In this document: positions 1-9,668 of the stretch, in pieces | Layout: each line of letters begins with the position of its first letter | How positions within the stretch are numbered: the first letter of the stretch is position 1 | Origin: Candidatus Poribacteria bacterium | GTDB lineage: Bacteria > Poribacteria > WGA-4E > WGA-3G | DNA length: 64,000 nt | Direction of reading: 5' to 3' | NCBI GenBank assembly: GCA_965242965.1 | Contig: OZ251518.1 | Location: forward strand, 1,376,001 to 1,440,000 | Notes under the pieces: model-generated | What the model was told of the DNA's origin: nothing | The model's input: the letters and a program-made list of their open reading frames with translations, nothing else | Database searches by the model: none | Made by a program: the position numbers and the translations under genes

Positions 1-443
1 AGCCGGTTCGCCGTGAAGTTGAGCCAACTCGCGTTGCCTCTACCGTTAAGGAATCGTGAACCGTAGACGACGTGGACCTCGGGCTCCGAGGTAACTTCTG
101 CTGTCGGGACAGGAATGTCCCGACTACTGAACAGCGGTTCAACAAGAGGCAGTAGATCATCGGGGCACAACTCCAAGTCTGCGTCTTGGATGACGACTAC
201 GTCTCCTTCGACATGCGTCAACCCGGTCCGAATTGCAAACCCTTTGCCGCGGTTTTCCTCGTAATGAACAACGGTGAGTGCGGACTTCGTCCGTAACTCC
301 TCAAGCACCGCTTGCGTTCTATCCGTAGAGCCGTCATTAACGACGATAATCTGGGTGTCAAGTGGCAGTGCTTGCACGGCATCTACGACTTGGCGAATGG
401 TTCGCGCTTCGTTAAATGCAGGAATGATTACGGATATTCGCAT
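1..443 (-). CDS. Glycosyltransferase family 2 protein (3' end outside window)
   Basis: Manual translation from ATG at 443: MRISVIIPAFNEARTIRQVVDAVQALPLDTQIIVVNDGSTD, then NRGKG and IQDADLE (DxD). These are GT2 motifs. Not in the ORF track because it is truncated. Confidence 0.9.
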   Translation of the reverse strand, partial: MRISVIIPAFNEARTIRQVVDAVQALPLDTQIIVVNDGSTDRTQAVLEELRTKSALTVVHYEENRGKGFAIRTGLTHVEGDVVVIQDADLELCPDDLLPLVEPLFSSRDIPVPTAEVTSEPEVHVVYGSRFLNGRGNASWLNFTANR

Positions 444-554
444 TTTTTTGTTGTTTGCCAGGGTTCCCGGTGCAAGAAAGTCTGTTTCCGTATATCCGAT
501 GTATCGGGTTTTCTTAAACTTTCTTTCACGAGTCTGGCAATTGGGAAATTGCGC

Positions 555-1346
555 CTACAGCAACGCCTTCACCATACCGCCATCCACCTGAATCGTTGTC
601 CCCGTGATATAACTTGCGCGTTCCGATGCGAGAAATACGACGAGGTTCGCGAATTCGGCCGGGTCCCCGATTCTGCCGAGGGGGATATCCGCCGTCATTC
701 TCTCCAATGCTTCCTCAAACGTGATGCCGGCCTCTTCGGCTCGCACCGTGGCGAGTTGTTCGATGCGAGCGGTGAAGATAATGCCGGGACAGACGTTGTT
801 CACCAGAATGTTGTCGGATGCCAACTCTGTGGCGAGCGTTTTCGCGAACCCGATAACCCCGGTGCGCGCCATGTTTGATAGCATGAGGCCGTCCACCGGC
901 TGTTTCACCGAGACAGAGGTGAGGTTGATAATCCTGCCGCCGCCGCGCGCTTGCATCGTCGGCACAACGGCACGACAGAGGTTTATCGTGCTCATCAGGT
1001 TGAGTTGCACCGCGGTCTGGTAATCTTCAGCGGCGAGCTCGGCGAACCTACCTGCGCGCGGGCCTCCTGCATTATTTACCAGAATATCAATGCCGCCGAA
1101 GTGCGACATCGCCGCGTTAATGAGTGCGTCAACTTGTTCCGGCTGACTGACATCGGTAGGCACGGCGAGGACTTCACCGCCTGTCTGCCGTCGAATATCT
1201 TCTGCTGTTGCGTCAAGTGCCTCGCTATTTCTGGCACAGATAGTGACTTTTGCGCCTTCTTGCGCCAATCCGAGTGCGATGGCGCGCCCAAGTCCTTTGC
1301 TTGACGCGCCGACTACCGCGATTTTGTCCGTAAGTCCAAGTTCCAT
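555..1346 (-). CDS. SDR family oxidoreductase (FabG-like)
   Basis: MELGLTDKIAVVGASSKGLG (GxxxGxG), NNAGG, YITG..VDGG. Start moved to the Met at 1346 with a GAGG RBS; the ORF-track extension runs through repeats. Confidence 0.9.
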   Translation of the reverse strand: MELGLTDKIAVVGASSKGLGRAIALGLAQEGAKVTICARNSEALDATAEDIRRQTGGEVLAVPTDVSQPEQVDALINAAMSHFGGIDILVNNAGGPRAGRFAELAAEDYQTAVQLNLMSTINLCRAVVPTMQARGGGRIINLTSVSVKQPVDGLMLSNMARTGVIGFAKTLATELASDNILVNNVCPGIIFTARIEQLATVRAEEAGITFEEALERMTADIPLGRIGDPAEFANLVVFLASERASYITGTTIQVDGGMVKALL

Positions 1347-1370
1347 TATGCATCCATCCTCTTTATATTT

Positions 1371-1399
1371 ATGATAACATTTTTTTAAGGCAATGTCAA
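1371..1399 (-). promoter_or_regulatory. sigma70-type promoter for the SDR gene
   Basis: Minus strand TTGACA-17 nt-TATCAT. Confidence 0.65.
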
Positions 1400-1444
1400 C
1401 AAATTCCGCGAATCGCACGAGAGAATTCTTCTCAATACCTAAAT

Positions 1445-1815
1445 GAGGGCGTTTCCTAAATCGCTCAACGTCGCGGTGAAACCCGCTCGGATGCGCGTGT
1501 GGCATCCGAGGGCCCCGCGCTGCGGGGGGAAAAAACGCCTCCCCCTTACCGTAGGGCGAGGGCCTGTCCCTCGCCATGCTTCGGTCTTCCGGACAGTCGC
1601 GGGGGAAACCCGCTCGGATGCGCGGATGGCATCCGAGGGCCCCCGCGCTACGGTTATTGAGAGCGTTTCTCGCGGCACCGTAGGGCGAGGGCCTGTCCCT
1701 CGCCATGCGTTTGGCGGGCAGACCGCATCCCCCCCGTAGTTCAGGATCGCCTGAAGTTCTGGCATATTTGCCAAACGCTCCTGATCCGTTCGGGAGCGGG
1801 TGCTCCCGAACTACT
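1445..1815. repeat. Cluster of GTAG-family REP-like palindromes preceded by a GAGGGCGTTTCCTAA end motif
   Basis: Two copies of CGTAGGGCGAGGGCCTGTCCCTCGCC, two of AAACCCGCTCGGATGCGCG..GGCATCCGAGGG, and GTAGTTCAGGATCGCCTGAA. Confidence 0.85.
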
Positions 1816-1899
1816 TTTGGAGTCCGAGTCTATCACGAATCTCCTATATCTTCAAGTGTGGCGGAGGCATCCGCGCCCCCGCACATTGACGAACACACT

Positions 1900-2727
1900 T
1901 CAATCGACGATAGGTTCACCGACTTCCACCTTACCATCTCCATCTGGTATGTCCGGCATCGTTAATTCGACAGTGATGCCAAGATTGATGCTGTTGAGAT
2001 GTGCCCAGTTAAAGGACATGCCAATGCCCTTTCTTAACTCAAATTTGCCCTGAGCGTCAATGACGATAGTGTTGCCTTCCCTTGATAGGAAGCCTTCACA
2101 ATTAATTTTGCGCCCTGGTATGTAATATTCCCACAGACGGGTTAACTCTGCCTCTTTGACTTTTTCTTTCAGGATACGCACAACCAATCGACCGGTTTTA
2201 TGCACATGTGACGGCAGTAACTCTTGCGCTAACGTGAATTCGTAATATTCATCGTTGTCTCTGCTGCGAGCTCGTATCTCCCCTGTTATGGGCGGCATGT
2301 AGTAGAAATGGCTTCCGAATTGCCATTCGGCAGCCAAGCGATTTTCGATGAATTTGTCCAGCATCCGTTTACCATTATGCGCGTTTGGTATCCTTTTGTC
2401 TACCAAAAGGTCTGACATAGAAATCCATTCATCAAGATAAATTTGCAGCTTGGCAACATCACCTGGTTTAGGTGTTGGCATAGTGTTGAGTTGAGCGGCT
2501 GCGGCATCTTCCAACATACGCCTATTCGCACGAGAGAGTTTCGCCGATTTTGGAAACTTGATAAACGTTTTGCCACGACTATCTTTTTGTAAGGTAGCGG
2601 GGAGTGCTCGTTGCTGACTTATCTCCTTTTTCGAGATAGTCGAATCCACACTACGTGTGGCGCACCCCGTAGCTGCCACTGCGATTCCTAGTAGAACCGC
2701 TATAATCGCGCCGACTATGCGTTTCAT
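1900..2727 (-). CDS. Hypothetical lipoprotein
   Basis: 275-aa ORF, AGGAGG RBS, signal peptide ending VAATGC (lipobox-like). No recognisable domain. Confidence 0.7.
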   Translation of the reverse strand: MKRIVGAIIAVLLGIAVAATGCATRSVDSTISKKEISQQRALPATLQKDSRGKTFIKFPKSAKLSRANRRMLEDAAAAQLNTMPTPKPGDVAKLQIYLDEWISMSDLLVDKRIPNAHNGKRMLDKFIENRLAAEWQFGSHFYYMPPITGEIRARSRDNDEYYEFTLAQELLPSHVHKTGRLVVRILKEKVKEAELTRLWEYYIPGRKINCEGFLSREGNTIVIDAQGKFELRKGIGMSFNWAHLNSINLGITVELTMPDIPDGDGKVEVGEPIVD

Positions 2728-2749
2728 AATTCCTCCTTTTAACAGAAAT

Positions 2750-2890
2750 GAGGGTGTTTCCTAAATCCCTGTAGGAGAGACCTCCCGGTCTCGATGCGTT
2801 TCGTTGCTGTTTCTATCGGGACAAGGATGTCCCTCCTACAGGGCTCGATGCCCTCTGGATAGGAGAGAATTCCCGGTCTCGATGCGTTTC
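2750..2890. repeat. REP-like repeat cluster
   Basis: GAGGGTGTTTCCTAA followed by GTAGGAGAGACCTCCCGGTCTCGAT and ATCGGGACAAGGATGTCCCTCCTAC. Confidence 0.85.
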
Positions 2891-2936
2891 GTTGGTGTTT
2901 CTATTTTGTAGGATAACTAAAATCCCTGCAAACGCG

Positions 2937-5426
2937 CTATTTCCTGAGGAACATCTTCGCCGTGGAGGTAAAATTCCCTGCGGATAGCGTGTAAAAATAG
3001 AGTCCACTCGCCACCGATTCACCCAGGTTATTGCGGCCGTCCCAATAGGCGGCGCGCACCCGAGTGTGATAGATACCCGCGGGCTGATATCCCAAATCCA
3101 AACGCCTAACCGGGGTTCCACTCGCGTCATAAATGGTGAGCGTGACTGTGGCATCCTCCGCCAATTGATAGGGAATCCATGTCTCCGGATTAAACGGATT
3201 CGGATAGTTGGGAAGTAGTGCTGTCTGTGCCGGGCGCAAGGTTAACAAGAGTTTTTCAAGCACTGCAATTCCCTTCTCAACGGCTGCATCTCTATCGGTG
3301 AGTCGCCGCGCTTGAGTGAGCCAGTTTTGAACTGCGGATGCAAGTTGCGCGGTTTGCGAGGGAGCAGCACCTATAACAGCTTGCAGTTCAGTGGCTACCA
3401 ACACCAGATCGTTAATATCCACGATGCCATCGCTGTTCACATCAGGATTCGGATTCGCCTTGGCCCCCATCGATTTGCCAAAGTTCGATGCCACCAACAC
3501 CAAATCTGCAATGTCTACTTTTCCATCGCCGTTGACATCTAACGGGTTTTGGACAACAAGCGAATCATCGGCACGGAGCGTCCAATTCTGTCTTGTGATA
3601 TTGCCGTTGACATCGATTACCTGTAACCTGATATCGTTGACGCGGCGTGAGGTTAATCCAGTTGCGCGAAATTCAACAACGCGGTTTTGTCCGTGTAACC
3701 GCTGACAACTGTGCAACTTGACTCCGGAGCCCGTGTCTTGGCGTGTCGTTGGTATCAGCAATTGCGCTTGATGGAGGCCATCGGTATCCGTTATTTCAAA
3801 TTGAAGCGTGAAGTTTCTGACGTTGGGTGGATATCGCTGTTGTGAAAGCATCTGAAGCGTTGTCGGTTCGTTGAATGCCGCCTGATTGGCATTAAAGAAA
3901 CGACTGGCATCCAACCATTCGGCGGCACATTTCGAGAGTCGATTCGGCGCGATGCCGTAAGACATGATGTATGCATCGCTGCGGAAGTCGTGTTCCAAGC
4001 CGAAAGCGTGCCCGAGTTCGTGCGCCGCTATATGAACGTTATCAAAACAAGTCCCGGAAGCAGGGATGAGTGCGTATCCGCCTGAGGTTCTCTGATGCTC
4101 TTCATTCTCAAACCACCTGCCGCCGCCTACCCCACACGTATCCTCGCCATCAATAACCTGACTGCTAATATCGACAGCGATGAGATAAACGTTGTTTGAC
4201 ACGTCAAACTGCTCAGTGACTTCCTCCATCACTTTGTCGGAAGTTTGGGTATGATAATACCTGTCTCGGAATTTCCCATTCACCTGATGGACATAGGTTT
4301 CTCCTGCCTCATTGGTTTCAAAGGTGAAGGTTTTCCTACCGAACCCGTGTCTCCGCATCTGGGTGTCGTAAAATTGCTGCACTTCTCTGATGAGCGTATC
4401 CAATTTTACCCACATATTGGGTGGGACAGCACGGCCTCGGGGGAGGAAGTAAATCAGCCGGACGATGTCGCGTTCCGCCGATTGCTCTGGCGCGATGTCC
4501 CAGAAACGGAGCGCTCCATCATCACCGCCGCTAGCGAGCGTCGTTCCGTTGTTGGAAAAAGCGAGCGCGTTTACCCAACCGCTATGTCCTTCAAGTTCGG
4601 CGAGTTGCGCACCGCTGTCTACATCCCAAAGATAAATCACCTCATGACTGGCACCCGCCAGCGTCTTTCCATCGTTGGAAAATGCAATATCCTTCACCGT
4701 TCCGGTCCGTGTGCGCAGTGTGCCACGGAGTTTCCATCCGGCAACATCCCACAACTTGGTTTCGCCCTGATACCCAGCACTCGCGAGGAGTTGACTGTCC
4801 TGTGAAAACTTAACGGCAAAGAGCTGTTCTGCATCGCCTTGCCGCGTCGCTTCCACTCGTTGCCGTTGCACATGCCACATTTTCACGGAGCCATCTATGT
4901 ATCCGACAGCAAGTTGCTCTCCATCGGGAGAAAAGTCGACAGCAAGTGCCCATTTTTCATATCTGAGCGTCGCTATTTCTAGGGGATTTTGGACGTTCCA
5001 TAACTTCACATGCATTCCTGCGCTTGCAAGCGTTTGTCCATCGGCTGAAAAGGCAACCGCCTTGATTTGCGAGCGCGCCCAGTCGGTGATATGTTCAAGC
5101 GTCGCGATTTCGCGTTTTTGGCGGACATTCCATAACCGCAGGGTGGAGTCATCGCTGCCACTGGCGAGCAATCTACCATCTGGGGAAAATTGCACCGCAT
5201 TAACGATATCGGTGTGTCCCCGCAGCGTCGTCACGGTATCGTCGCTTAAATCCCACAACTTGATGGTGTTGTCCTCTCCTGCACTTGCAACAAGCGAGGC
5301 ATTCACCGGTGAGAAAGCGACAGTCTGAATGCTCCCTCCTGCTTCAAAATAGGTATGTTCTTGGGCAAAAACCGCCCCGGCGATGCAGAACAAGAATACG
5401 AGCACGAAAATCTTGGATTTTATCAT
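2937..5426 (-). CDS. Secreted WD40 + zinc metallopeptidase (metzincin-like) + dockerin-like + C-terminal sorting/FlgD-Ig-like domain protein
   Basis: Signal peptide; about 7 GH...WD repeats; HELGHAFGLEH with IMSY Met-turn; DVNGDGKVDIADL and DVNSDGIVDINDL; LLPNYPNPFNPETWIPYQL...SGLYFYTL tail. Confidence 0.88.
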   Translation of the reverse strand: MIKSKIFVLVFLFCIAGAVFAQEHTYFEAGGSIQTVAFSPVNASLVASAGEDNTIKLWDLSDDTVTTLRGHTDIVNAVQFSPDGRLLASGSDDSTLRLWNVRQKREIATLEHITDWARSQIKAVAFSADGQTLASAGMHVKLWNVQNPLEIATLRYEKWALAVDFSPDGEQLAVGYIDGSVKMWHVQRQRVEATRQGDAEQLFAVKFSQDSQLLASAGYQGETKLWDVAGWKLRGTLRTRTGTVKDIAFSNDGKTLAGASHEVIYLWDVDSGAQLAELEGHSGWVNALAFSNNGTTLASGGDDGALRFWDIAPEQSAERDIVRLIYFLPRGRAVPPNMWVKLDTLIREVQQFYDTQMRRHGFGRKTFTFETNEAGETYVHQVNGKFRDRYYHTQTSDKVMEEVTEQFDVSNNVYLIAVDISSQVIDGEDTCGVGGGRWFENEEHQRTSGGYALIPASGTCFDNVHIAAHELGHAFGLEHDFRSDAYIMSYGIAPNRLSKCAAEWLDASRFFNANQAAFNEPTTLQMLSQQRYPPNVRNFTLQFEITDTDGLHQAQLLIPTTRQDTGSGVKLHSCQRLHGQNRVVEFRATGLTSRRVNDIRLQVIDVNGNITRQNWTLRADDSLVVQNPLDVNGDGKVDIADLVLVASNFGKSMGAKANPNPDVNSDGIVDINDLVLVATELQAVIGAAPSQTAQLASAVQNWLTQARRLTDRDAAVEKGIAVLEKLLLTLRPAQTALLPNYPNPFNPETWIPYQLAEDATVTLTIYDASGTPVRRLDLGYQPAGIYHTRVRAAYWDGRNNLGESVASGLYFYTLSAGNFTSTAKMFLRK

Positions 5427-6472
5427 GAATCACGCACCTCGTCTGCGTCAAGGGAAATGTTGAATTTCGCGGCACATGCCTGCAGTTGCGTATAGATAGT
5501 CTCAGGCACCTCAATACCGTTCGCTAATCGCTGTGCGCGGTTGCGATGCTCAAAGTCACCGGGCACCAAGACTTCGTCAAACCCTGGGGCAGGTGGTGTC
5601 GCCTTGACGACATCTAAAAACGCCCGTACGCCTTTCTGGTATGCTGCCAGCGGCGTGAAGGCATTGACATCAATAACCTGCATGGTGAGTCCTCCCATCT
5701 GTCCGACGTTGGCATTAAAAACGCCGCCTAATCCACCAAGTAGCGCGACGAAAAGGGAGAGCGCGTAGCCTTTGTGTTTACCGAACGCGAGCAGGTGTCC
5801 GCCATCTTTATATGCCGCAACGTTGACGGTGGGATTGCCGTGTTTGTCAACAACGCAACCCGGGGGCAAATCGCGATGTTCACTATCCGCGACGTAGGTT
5901 TTGCCATTGGCAATCATGCTCGTGGCGAAATCCAAGAGGAACGGACTGTCATCGCCGGTAGGAACGCCGATGGCAATGGGGTTCGTGCCGAGGGCACCCT
6001 CTGTACCGCCGAATGGGAGAATGCGTCCGCCGCCCTTCGCGCCGCCACCGACGGTGACCATGCCGATACATCCAGCCGCGGCGGCTTCTTCGGCGTATTC
6101 ACCGACGCGGCCGATATGCCCAGTCCGAGTGAGCGTCGCGAAACTGTTCTGCGTCTGCTTCGCTTTTTCAATAGTGCGTCGAATCGTCCATCGAGCGATA
6201 TAGTGTCCAAACCCGCGCTGTCCATCAACGTGCAGTGTGTTCTCGGTTTCGCGTAGCACCTTCGGTTCCGCCGCTGGGATAATGCCGCCGTTCTCAATGC
6301 CTTCCAGATAAGAAGGGATGCGGAGCACGCCGTGCGAATCGTGCCCTGCGAGATTCGCCTTGAGGAGAATCTCAGCGACATCCTCTGCAATGTGCTGCGG
6401 CGTGCCGGCCGCCATGAATAAATCGCGCGTGAACCTCTGAAGATGCGAGGCTTCTAGTTCGTGCATTTTCAC
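5423..6472 (-). CDS. Ldh_2 (malate/L-lactate/ureidoglycolate dehydrogenase) family oxidoreductase
   Basis: GHDSHGVLR, HIGRVGEY, TNPIA, DFATS, HKGYAL, VLVPG motifs. Confidence 0.9.
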   Translation of the reverse strand: MKMHELEASHLQRFTRDLFMAAGTPQHIAEDVAEILLKANLAGHDSHGVLRIPSYLEGIENGGIIPAAEPKVLRETENTLHVDGQRGFGHYIARWTIRRTIEKAKQTQNSFATLTRTGHIGRVGEYAEEAAAAGCIGMVTVGGGAKGGGRILPFGGTEGALGTNPIAIGVPTGDDSPFLLDFATSMIANGKTYVADSEHRDLPPGCVVDKHGNPTVNVAAYKDGGHLLAFGKHKGYALSLFVALLGGLGGVFNANVGQMGGLTMQVIDVNAFTPLAAYQKGVRAFLDVVKATPPAPGFDEVLVPGDFEHRNRAQRLANGIEVPETIYTQLQACAAKFNISLDADEVRDS

Positions 6473-6517
6473 GATGGGTTCCCTCTTTTTATACGGAGAC
6501 GCGTCTCCATCCGCGTT

Positions 6518-7591
6518 CTACAATGCGTAGCGTGCTTTGTCTTCTGCTTCCACGATGTCTTCACCGAGAGGCACATTGAATTTTGCTGCGCATTCCTGCA
6601 GTTGCGAGTGGATAGTGTCCGGTATCTCAATGCCGCTCACGAGTCTTTGCGTCCTGGTGCGATGCTCAAAATCGCCCGGGACTAACACTTCGTCAAAACC
6701 GGGGGCAGGCGGTGTCGCTTTGATGCCGTCCAAGAAGGCGCGCACACCCTGCTGGTATTCCGCTATCGGCGTGAAGGCACTCGGATTGATTACCTGCATG
6801 AAAGTGCCGCTCATGTGTCCGGTGTCAACGTCAAACGTTCCTGCCAATCCACCGAGCAGACAGGTGAACATGGAGAGCGCGTAACCTTTATGCTTGCCGA
6901 AGGCGAGCAGCGCGCCGCCATCATAGAAATCGGCAGGTTTAACACTCGGCGCGCCGTGCTTGTCTAAAATACAGCCTTCCGGCAATTCTGCGCCTTTGCT
7001 TCGCGCCACCTGAATTTTCCCTTCGGCAACGACACTTGTGGCGTAGTCAACAATAAACGGCGCAGCGTCACCTGTCGGCACGCCGATGGCGAGTGGGTTG
7101 GTGCTAAATCTTCCCTTCGCGCCGCCGTAAGGCACCGTCGGGCCCCCGCCTTCACCGCCTATCCCCACAGTGATAAGGCTGATACATTCCGCAGCGGCGG
7201 CTTGCTCGGCATATTCCCCCAAACGGCCGATATGCCCGGTGTTGGAAATGCTGACGCAGCAGGAGACACCCGTTTTCGCCTTTTCGATGGCCCGTTTCAT
7301 GCTCCAGCGCGAGGTGTAGTGTCCAAACCCGCGCCCGCCATCAATGCGCAACGTATTGTCAGTCTCGGCGAGAACTTCAGGTTCCGCAACTGGCTTGAGG
7401 TAACCGGCCTTCATACCTCTCAGATATGCCGGGATACGGAGCACGCCGTGCGAATCGTGCCCGGCGAGGTTCGCCTTGAGGAGAATCTCGGTGACATCCT
7501 CGGCGATGTGCCGCGGGGTACCGGCGGCGACAAAGATATTGCGAGAGATTGCGTGCAGGTACGGTGCCTGAAATAGAAGGTTCTTTTCCAT
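6518..7591 (-). CDS. Ldh_2 family oxidoreductase (tandem paralog)
   Basis: GHDSHGVLR, HIGRLGEY, TNPLA, DYATS, HKGYAL motifs. Confidence 0.9.
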   Translation of the reverse strand: MEKNLLFQAPYLHAISRNIFVAAGTPRHIAEDVTEILLKANLAGHDSHGVLRIPAYLRGMKAGYLKPVAEPEVLAETDNTLRIDGGRGFGHYTSRWSMKRAIEKAKTGVSCCVSISNTGHIGRLGEYAEQAAAAECISLITVGIGGEGGGPTVPYGGAKGRFSTNPLAIGVPTGDAAPFIVDYATSVVAEGKIQVARSKGAELPEGCILDKHGAPSVKPADFYDGGALLAFGKHKGYALSMFTCLLGGLAGTFDVDTGHMSGTFMQVINPSAFTPIAEYQQGVRAFLDGIKATPPAPGFDEVLVPGDFEHRTRTQRLVSGIEIPDTIHSQLQECAAKFNVPLGEDIVEAEDKARYAL

Positions 7592-7755
7592 AACGGTATC
7601 GTTCCTTTTGTGCTCAAGTTTTTCTTTAATGAGTTGCAGGATAGTGCAGCTCGCATACCATTTTGACAGATTTCCCGAATTTTGTCAAGATGTTTTTTCT
7701 CTGCGTCCGAGTTCACCGGAGAACTGAAAGGTGCCGTTGATGCGGCTTGCTCAGG

Positions 7756-8361
7756 TTACGCCTTCTGTTTCACCATACTGACGAGGATGCCGAGGATGTT
7801 GTTGCAACGTTCAATGTGATAGACTGTCAAGTCAATCGCGAGTTGCTGTCCCTCCAATTTGAGGAACCGCCAGAGCACACCTGTAGTGGTAGCACCGTAA
7901 ACGTGCGGGATGTCATTCCCTGCCTCGGCGTTAAAGCGTTGCGCCGCAACCATTTCTGCCACGCACTGCCCGAGCCCACCTTCCAAATCATCGTCCTTCG
8001 CCTCAACAAGGATGATAACCGGTGCCTCCAAATGAAATTGGACCGGGGAGAGACTTATCAAAAAGTCACATACGCCGACTAAGTCGCTTTCACGCTCAAC
8101 GTTAAAGTCTATCCCCGAGAAAAGACTGATACGGCGTTCAAAGTGCTCGCGAAGTTCAACGAGAATGTCCGCGACGATTAATTCCGACTTCGCCTTCTCT
8201 GTCCCGATAGCGGCAGCTAACGGCAGTTTGCGCTCCAAGCCTGTCGTGAGATACGCGCTCGGTTCCACCGGAGGGCTGTCAGAAAACAGTTCTTCTACAT
8301 CAATCTCTTCTAACTGAAACGTTTTTTTCACGGTGCCTAACGTAAAATTGCTATACGGCAT
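7756..8361 (-). CDS. PD-(D/E)XK-like 201-aa protein, array copy 1
   Basis: MPYSNFTL...TEKAKSE...GVCDF...VEAK...GQCVAEM; 606 nt; GGAGG RBS. Confidence 0.8.
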   Translation of the reverse strand: MPYSNFTLGTVKKTFQLEEIDVEELFSDSPPVEPSAYLTTGLERKLPLAAAIGTEKAKSELIVADILVELREHFERRISLFSGIDFNVERESDLVGVCDFLISLSPVQFHLEAPVIILVEAKDDDLEGGLGQCVAEMVAAQRFNAEAGNDIPHVYGATTTGVLWRFLKLEGQQLAIDLTVYHIERCNNILGILVSMVKQKA

Positions 8362-8401
8362 GACGAAAGAACCTCCTGTGTTCGGAATGCTCACCGACAA
8401 T

Positions 8402-9007
8402 TCACGCCTTCTGTTTTACCATACTGGCGAGGATGCCGAGGATGCTGTCGCACTGGGAAATTTGGTAGGCTGTCAAGTCAATAGAGAGTTTCTGTCCCTC
8501 TAATTTCAGGAACAGCCATTCTGTTCCCGACGTGGTGGCACCATAAACGCGCGGGATGTCATTCCCTGCCTCGGCGTTAAAGCGTTGCGCCGCAACCATC
8601 TCGGCGACACATTGCCCAAGCCCGTCTGTCAGACTGTCCCTTTTCGCCGCAACAAGGACGACAACCGGTGCCTCTAAATCCAATCGTTCGGGAGAGAGAC
8701 TCAGTAAAAAATCACACACTCCAACCAATTTGGCATTGGCATCAACGTTAAAGTCAATGCCGGAAAAAAGACTGACGCGGTTGTCAAAGTGGACGCAAAG
8801 TTCAACGAGAACATCCACGACGATTAGTTCCGACTTCGCCTTCTCTGTCCCGATAGCGAGGGCGAAGGGTAGATTACGCTCCAACACCGCGGTGAGATGT
8901 TCACTCGGTGCCACCGGTTCAATGTGGGCGAATATGCCTCGCTCCTCAATCGTCTCAAGTTGAAAGGCTCTTCGGACTGTGCCGAGTGTAAAGTTGCTAT
9001 AGGCCAT
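8402..9007 (-). CDS. PD-(D/E)XK-like 201-aa protein, array copy 2 (EAK changed to AAK)
   Basis: Same family motifs; 606 nt from MAYS. Confidence 0.8.
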   Translation of the reverse strand: MAYSNFTLGTVRRAFQLETIEERGIFAHIEPVAPSEHLTAVLERNLPFALAIGTEKAKSELIVVDVLVELCVHFDNRVSLFSGIDFNVDANAKLVGVCDFLLSLSPERLDLEAPVVVLVAAKRDSLTDGLGQCVAEMVAAQRFNAEAGNDIPRVYGATTSGTEWLFLKLEGQKLSIDLTAYQISQCDSILGILASMVKQKA

Positions 9008-9035
9008 GATGAAAAATCCTCCAAGGGACAGTGGC

Positions 9036-9641
9036 TCACGCTTCCTGCGACACCATGCTCGCAAGGATACCCAGAATCTTGTCGCATTGCGCAAGTTGGT
9101 AAGGCACCAGATCGATTTGGAGTTGCTGGCGTTCCAATCAAAGGAAGAGCCAATCTAATCCCGTGGTGATGACACCGTAAACGCGCGGGATGTCATTCGC
9201 TTTTTGGGCATTAAAGCGTTGGGCGGCTACCATCTCCGCAACACACTGCCCAAACCCACTTTCCAATTTATCGTTCTTTGCCTCTACGACAATGATAACA
9301 GGTGCCTCAACCAAGGTGAGTCCCGCCGATAGGCTTATCAGAAAATCGCATATCCCGATTAAGCCGCTCTCCGTATCGACGTTGAATTCAATCCCCGAAA
9401 AAAAACTAATGCGCCGTTCTAACTGCTCCCGGAGTTCAACGAGCACCTGTGCGACAATTAACTCGGATTTTGCTTTCTCTGTCGCGAGGCTCACCGCTAA
9501 CGGGACATTTCGTTCCAACGTTGTGGCAAGATGCGCACTCGGTGCCACCGGTTTAATGTGAGAGAACAAGCCTTGCACATCAATCTTCTCCAGATGGAAA
9601 GCTGGCAACACCGTCTCCAACGTAAAACTGCTATACGCCAT
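9036..9641 (-). pseudogene. Array copy 3 with in-frame TGA
   Basis: Reads WLFL*LERQQLQIDLVPYQLAQCDKILGILASMVSQEA*. TGA at 9138-9140 replaces the conserved Lys; the frame stays intact; total 606 nt. Confidence 0.8.
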
Positions 9642-9668
9642 GATGAAAAGCCCTCCGCTGCCGACAAT

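Noticed and set aside
1347-1774. N-terminal extension of the SDR gene and ORFs such as RGTGPRPT, VGRGPVPR, IETGRSLL
   Set aside because: These are translations of intergenic REP repeats; the same holds for similar ORFs near 19.2, 21.7, 28.8, 40.2, 42.5, 43.9, 46.3 and 49.6 kb.
9138-9140. Selenocysteine codon
   Set aside because: The aligned residue in paralogs is Lys, not Cys, and no obvious SECIS hairpin follows.
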